DNA from: Octopus sinensis
Lineage: Eukaryota
Length of the DNA stretch: 64,000 nt
Assembly: GCF_006345805.1 (NCBI RefSeq)
Contig: NC_043007.1
Coordinates: forward strand, 15,934,001 to 15,998,000
Direction: 5' to 3'
Part shown: positions 13,938 to 64,000 of the stretch, in pieces
How positions within the stretch are numbered: the first letter of the stretch is position 1
Layout of the letters: every line of letters starts with the position of its first letter
The notes under the pieces: generated by a model
What the model saw: only the letters and a program-made list of their open reading frames with translations
Told to the model about the DNA's origin: nothing
Database searches by the model: none
Translations under genes and position numbers: made by a program

Positions 13938-14306
13938 TCTTTTACTCTTTTACTTGTTTCAGTCATTTGACTGCGGCCATGCTAGAGCACCGCCTTTAGT
14001 CGAGCAAATCGACCCCGGGACTTATTCTTTGTAAGCCCAGTACTTATTCTATCGGTCTCTTTTGCCGAACCGCTAAGTGACGGGGACATAAACACACCAG
14101 CATCGGTTGCCAAGCAATGCTAGGGGGACAAACACAGACACACAAACATACATATATATGTTTCCGTCTACCAAATCCACTCACAAGGCATTGGTCGGCC
14201 CGGGGCTATAGTAGAAGACACCTGCCCAAGATGCCACGCAGTGGGACCGAACCCGGAACCATGTGGTTGGTTAGCAAGCTACTTACCACACAGCCACTCC
14301 TGCGCC
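13937..14306 (-). mobile_element. tRNA-derived SINE, family A (internal (TA)n/(TG)n, AAAGAGT-repeat tail)
   Basis: Head ggcgcaggagtggctgtgtggtaag...gggttcagtccc, tail gaaacaagtaaaagagtaaaagag. Copies at ~19219-19600 (+), 20520-20815 (-), 21451-21834 (-), 22661-23000 (+), 28760-28980 (+), 40310-40935 (+, two heads), 47778-48270 (+) and 56002-56860 (+, interrupted). Confidence 0.85.
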
Positions 14307-14737
14307 TATATATTTGCAATTGAAAAATATGATTTAGTTGGGGTTGAATTAATTCAAAGAAAGAAGACACTCATTTAGAACACTGATTAAAGAAACGAAG
14401 TGGTCGTAGTTGTTTGATATTGTAAGACGGTAAGTAACTAACAAGGGATTTCATTCTTTTGCAATCATTGTGCAGAAAATTACTTTCTACTTCGCATCCA
14501 AAGTAACAACTGGGGAAGAAATTGACAAAGACACTTGTCATTGTTCAATATAACATTGAATCTGGTATGTGCAAATGAGGTACGCAATGCTCGGTCTACC
14601 GACAGTGTGTATTCATTAAGTATGATACATAACATGCTTAGATTAATGTTGCGTCTTTTTAATAACTAAAATAGTAGAACCAAGTGATCATCGTCTTCCT
14701 CGTTAGTTTTGCCTACAACAACATTATTGTCATAGTG

Positions 14738-15174
14738 GATCTTTTCGGTTTGAACGGCAGTTTTTGCAAACGGTGTCATATGAAACTGTCACCTATAATT
14801 ATGACCTAGTATCGATCTATTGCATTTCAATCTGTTTTAGGGTTAGGGTTAGTTAGGGTTGGTTAGTGTTAGGGTGAGGGGTGAGGGGAAGGGTATCTTT
14901 TTTCTTCAGAAATGTAAATAAACCTAATCTGTTTCTTAAACGAGGGACATATTCATACGGCACAGAATGTTTTCACCTCAATAGACGTCATTGATTGGTT
15001 GAAATTGCAGAATTTGGAGAAAAAAACAACAAATATCTTACAAACTATAGAATTTTCTCAATAAAGCCAAGAGAAAAAGATGTTTTATAAACACATTCTA
15101 CCAGTATACGAAGTTAAAAGTTTTTTAATTACCTAGAAATTATGTTAAAAGCCGCCGTTCAAACCGAAAAGATC
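14738..15174. mobile_element. MITE with 23-bp TIRs and internal (TTAGGG)n-like tract
   Basis: TIRs gatcttttcggtttgaacggcag (14738-14760) and ccgccgttcaaaccgaaaagatc (15152-15174). ttaggg repeats at ~14837-14890. Confidence 0.75.
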
Positions 15175-15434
15175 GGACATTTTAAAAAATTATCTAAATG
15201 AGAAACATCTGCAAGAAAAATGGACAGAATGTTAAATTTTCGTCAAACTGGGTGACAACAAAATCACAGCGGTGTTGCTTAATTAATGGTGGCCGATGTC
15301 GATAACAAGAAATCTTACAGCTAAAAATAACAAGTTTTATATCCTGCATGGCAATTTTCGTGACCGAAATATAAACAACTCTTCAGTCTATCTGAAAGAG
15401 GATAGAGTTGGAATACAGTTCTCCTATATTATTA

Positions 15435-15819
15435 TCTCTCTATATATAAAGCTGAAGTTGTCTGTGTATGGCAGGTTTGGTAGCCTTCAACTATCTCCTC
15501 CGAGACCCTGCGGCGCAAGTTGACCAAAATTGAGAGTATGATAGAAGAAGACTTCCTCTTCCTTCCGTAGAAGAAAAATTTCAAATAGGACCATGTTAAC
15601 ATCAAAAATTATTTACATCAAAAAGGCGCTTTATTTTTATGAAAATCCCTATTTTTTACGATTTTTGACTACTGTGTCACCATTTGTCGGTGTATTTCAA
15701 CCAGAAAAATGTTCACCTAAAGAAAATAACAAGCTACATAATGCAAATTTTTTACTTTTCAAAAATTCCTATTCTAAAGGGTCGAAACAAACCTGAGCAA
15801 CGCCGGGCGATTCTGCAAG
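15435..15819 (+). mobile_element. Non-autonomous Helitron-like element (second subfamily)
   Basis: A|TCTCTCTATATATAAAG start; 3' gagcaacgccgggcgattctgCAAG|T (degenerate CTAG). Confidence 0.6.
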
Positions 15820-16021
15820 TCTATGATAAACCTATGGCTTCATACTTTATTCTAGTATGCTGTAACAGCATTGTATTTACATGCACAGAAGCATACATTT
15901 TCCTCTAAAAAAATTACTTTAAAGCATTCTTTAATGGGTGTATGATGAAACATACTAAATTTATTATTTCACAAAATATGCTTCTAGAAACAGGGGTGCG
16001 ACTTGTGTAAGAGGGTGCCTT

Positions 16022-16338
16022 ATGGGAGACCCCATTCGGTCATGAATGACAATGGGATTGCACCTAGAAAGTTACTCTCCGAGGTACAAGTCCGGGCAAG
16101 GTTGTTTATGGAAGGCCAGCAGTCGCCCATGCATATCAGCCTCCCCTCTCCACACCACTGATGTTATCCAATGGGAAGGCAAAAGGGGCCGATACAGCTT
16201 GGTACCAGTGATGTCGCAACTCATTTCTACAGCTGAGTTAACTGGAACAACGTGAAATAAAGTGTCTTGCTCAAGAACACAACACGCAGCCCGGTCCGGG
16301 AATCGAACTCACAACCTCACGATCGTAAGCTCGACGCT
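16022..16338 (-). mobile_element. tRNA-derived CORE-type SINE (family C2)
   Basis: Head ctcagtggttagagcgtcgagc...gagttcgattcc and CORE-like gtgttcttgagcaagacacttt. Copies at ~26606-26940 (+) and ~46685-47020 (-). Confidence 0.75.
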
Positions 16339-16755
16339 CTAACCACTGAGCTATGCGTAAAAGGGTGTCTTATACGCCGGCAAATACAGGTCTTATTCAG
16401 TAAGGGGGAGTAACTCACTACCAAGGGACATAATTCAAGATAAGCTCGATTATTCAACAAATGTGGACCGCTAAATTACTTCTTGCTCCGGTTGTGTAAT
16501 CAAAGAAGTTCTTTCCATGGTCAGATCACACTGCATTTTACATTGTGGATGTTCCTCCTAGTATTACCTCAAATTAACTAATATTTAGTACGAACAATCT
16601 TGGTAGACAGAATCAATGTGTGTATCGGAGAGAAAACCCAAAATAAATCGTTTTGTTATGTATGAGACGATCCCGCCAGAAAAGCCGTAGACCCCATTTG
16701 GAAACATGAAATACGTAACACTAATGCTTACACAGCTTACGACATATGAAAATAA

Positions 16756-17181
16756 GGCAATCTTTCGTCTCTAGTAGACCTTTCCGTCGATTTCCGTAAT
16801 TTTTTATTTTTTTTACATATGGGCTTGCGGGAACTTTTGAAGTAATGAAAGCGAAAGAGACTAAGAGAAAGCGATTGTATGACGAGGGAAGTTCTTTTGA
16901 AGTTACCGTGCATGGGAGCATTGATGTACATGTGTGTGTGTGTGCGTGTGTGTTTGATGGGGTGTGGGAGACAGACAGTATGTTGTGTAAGTGAAGTGCT
17001 TCTGTTAGTGTGTGTGAAGAGACAGAGTAATGTGTGAAAGAAAGAGATAACTGAAATTTTTTACTCGGTGTATGTGTATATGTATGTATATTACTTCAAA
17101 AGTTCCCGCAAGCCCATATGTAAAAAAAAAAAAAAAATTACGGAAATCGACGGAAAGGTCTACTAGAGACGAAAGATCGCC
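16756..17181. mobile_element. MITE with ~90-bp TIRs and 8-bp TSD (hAT- or Merlin-like)
   Basis: Arms 16756-16850 and 17089-17181 are reverse complements, with GG...CC termini. TSD gaaaataa at 16748-16755 and 17182-17189. Confidence 0.8.
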
Positions 17182-17363
17182 GAAAATAAATAAGTGGCAG
17201 TCTGCTGGAGATTGAAATTCTTAATTTTGAATATTTGTCTCTTTTGTTTATATTTAAAATGACCGAATTTAGGCTCTCGTCTATTATGTCCTCAAAATCG
17301 TCAGACTATTTAACATTTGACAGCTATTGGGAAAACAAAGGTCTCGATTTTTTTTATTGAAGA

Positions 17364-17763
17364 CTAGCAGTATCGCCCGGCGTTGCTTGGATTTGTAAGG
17401 GAAATAACTATATAACCATTTTTAGAGAGTTATAGCCAAAAAATAGCAAAAAAAATGTATTAAAAATGGAAAGAAAAATGATAGTAATTTTTTTTTTAAA
17501 TCGTTGACTCATCGTAGACATTTTTAGAGAGTTACTTCCCTTATATAATAGCGAAAAAATGCATTAAAATGGAAAAAAATGATGGTAAATTATTTTAAAA
17601 GTCGTAGACTCATCGTAGACGCGCGCTAATACCCAGAAGGGCTCGATATGAATCTCGACTATAAGATACCCGGTTTTGGTTAAACTGCACCGCAAAATGT
17701 GGGAGTAGTTAGGAATCTAAATCGTTGGAGACAGACACACAACTTCGCTTTTATATATAAAGA
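17364..17763 (-). mobile_element. Non-autonomous Helitron-like element (inverted twin of 13069-13448)
   Basis: Reverse complement starts A|TC and ends gcaacgccgggcgatactgCTAG|T. Confidence 0.75.
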
Positions 17764-18439
17764 TATTAAACAAAACTAACGCGAATATGAGTGCGTTCTC
17801 AGTAGTATATCAGTTTCCTACTAGTACTACTGCTACTACTACTATGAGAAAAATTTTCTAATTAATCTTTTACTCAGTCTTTCTCTATTTTCTGGAGGAA
17901 AGAATGCTGTGAGTAATAACCCACGGGAGGCGCGTGGCTTAGTGGTTAGGGTGTCAGCACCATGATCGTAAGATTGTGGTTTCGATTCCTGGACCGGGCG
18001 ACGCGTTGTGTTCTTGAGCAAAACACTTCATTTCACGTTGCTCCAGTCCACTCAGCTGGCAAAAATAAGTAACGCTGCGATGGACTGGCGTCCCGTCCAG
18101 CTGGGGTACACATACGCCATAGAAACCGAGAAACAGGGCCCATGAGCCTGGCTAGGCTTTAAAAAGGGCTCGTTTATTTATTTTTTTTTCATAACCCACG
18201 ACCCTTCTTATGACACAACAAAGCCGGTATTTCGAAAAAGAGACTAAAATAGAGAAAAGAAAAGAATTGACCTTGTACTTGGTTATTGACCGGAATGAGA
18301 TTTGAAATCAGAACACAGCGAGTCGGAATAGATACCACGAAGCAATGCTTCTCACAGAAAGGTCTACGATGATTTAAAAGGACCGGACAAATTGCCATGC
18401 CTAATACCATGGTGAAGATATCTGGGTGCATGCGTTATC

Positions 18440-18652
18440 TATTTCATAAAGATTCAGCAGAAAAAGGATGTTTTTTTTCTTTGAAAGCATTATTACAACT
18501 GTTCTATCCGACCCTCGAACAATTCCGCAAACTCACCTAGCGGTGCTTCTTTAGTCTTCCGACCGGAAATTTATTGTATTGGGGATAATTTCTAGTCGTC
18601 ACCCTAGTTACTCTAGCAACAGCAACAGAGGATTTGAGAGATCCGTTCCGAG
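18440..18652. promoter_or_regulatory. Probable KIZ promoter/5' UTR, possibly bidirectional
   Basis: Unique, relatively CpG-retaining sequence just upstream of the ATG. It has inverted ETS-like cores (cttccgaccggaaat) and a strong minus-strand donor TAG|gtgagt at 18537/18536. Confidence 0.4.
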
Positions 18653-63499
<44,847 letters not shown>

Positions 63500-63573
63500 A
63501 CTGCAATGTGATATTTTTGCCAGACAACCCTCGCCTTATTTATTCAATTGTATTAAAATCTAAGGAAGTTTTC

Positions 63574-63579
63574 AATAAA
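63574..63579 (+). terminator. Candidate polyadenylation signal AATAAA
   Basis: 75 nt after the KIZ stop codon. Confidence 0.45.
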
Positions 63580-63706
63580 GCTGTCTAGATTTCACTTACT
63601 ATATCTATTTATTTATTGTTATTATTATTATCATTATTATTATTGTCGTAATCATCCATCTTTAACTTCTAGATCAGTGGAGATTATAGTGACATTACTA
63701 CATCAA

Positions 63707-63742
<36 letters not shown>

Positions 63743-64000
63743 AAGTATGTATGTATAGGTAAGCAGGGTTAGCGGTTACAGTAACCAACTAAGGGATAAA
63801 AATATCTGTATTTACTATCGGTGTCAGTTACCTGTGTTATCTCTGGGCATGGGTATGCAGGTACACTATACTCACAGGGTACAGGTAACAACAAAATAAA
63901 CCAGAGTTTATCAGGAATCAAATTTAAAAAATCAGAAAATGGAGAAAACTTTAGATCAACAACCAAACAAATTGGACCACATCTGTAGATTACTTTTTAA

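Overview
AT-rich, repeat-dense animal genomic DNA. The SINE/LINE repertoire is most consistent with an octopus (coleoid cephalopod); this is an inference. There is one 100-N scaffold gap (5617-5716). The main gene is a + strand, 14-exon gene (ATG 18653 to TGA 63499, about 813-817 aa) whose exons join in frame through GT-AG sites. I identify it from memory as centrosomal Kizuna (KIZ), based on its N-terminal coiled coil, an ETPAYKTLL motif and a DFYD* C-terminus. Its introns hold three tRNA-derived SINE families, many RTE LINE 3' ends, CR1 fragments, mariner and piggyBac-like MITEs and three tandem arrays. These are a 6.7-kb 66-bp array grown from an RTE 3' UTR repeat, a compound 63/52/63-bp array and a 33-bp minisatellite. 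Upstream lie a decayed Tigger/pogo element, Helitron-like elements, MITEs and weak signs of a divergently spliced transcript. The most unusual object is at 44.6-45.2 kb: two head-to-head copies of a small retroposon made of a tRNA-like head, (AAT)n and a minimal hammerhead ribozyme. Together they form a ~490-nt palindrome bounded by one 11-13 bp target-site duplication. Related hammerhead-like tails recur elsewhere in the window. The very long ORFs in the ORF track are artefacts of the tandem arrays.
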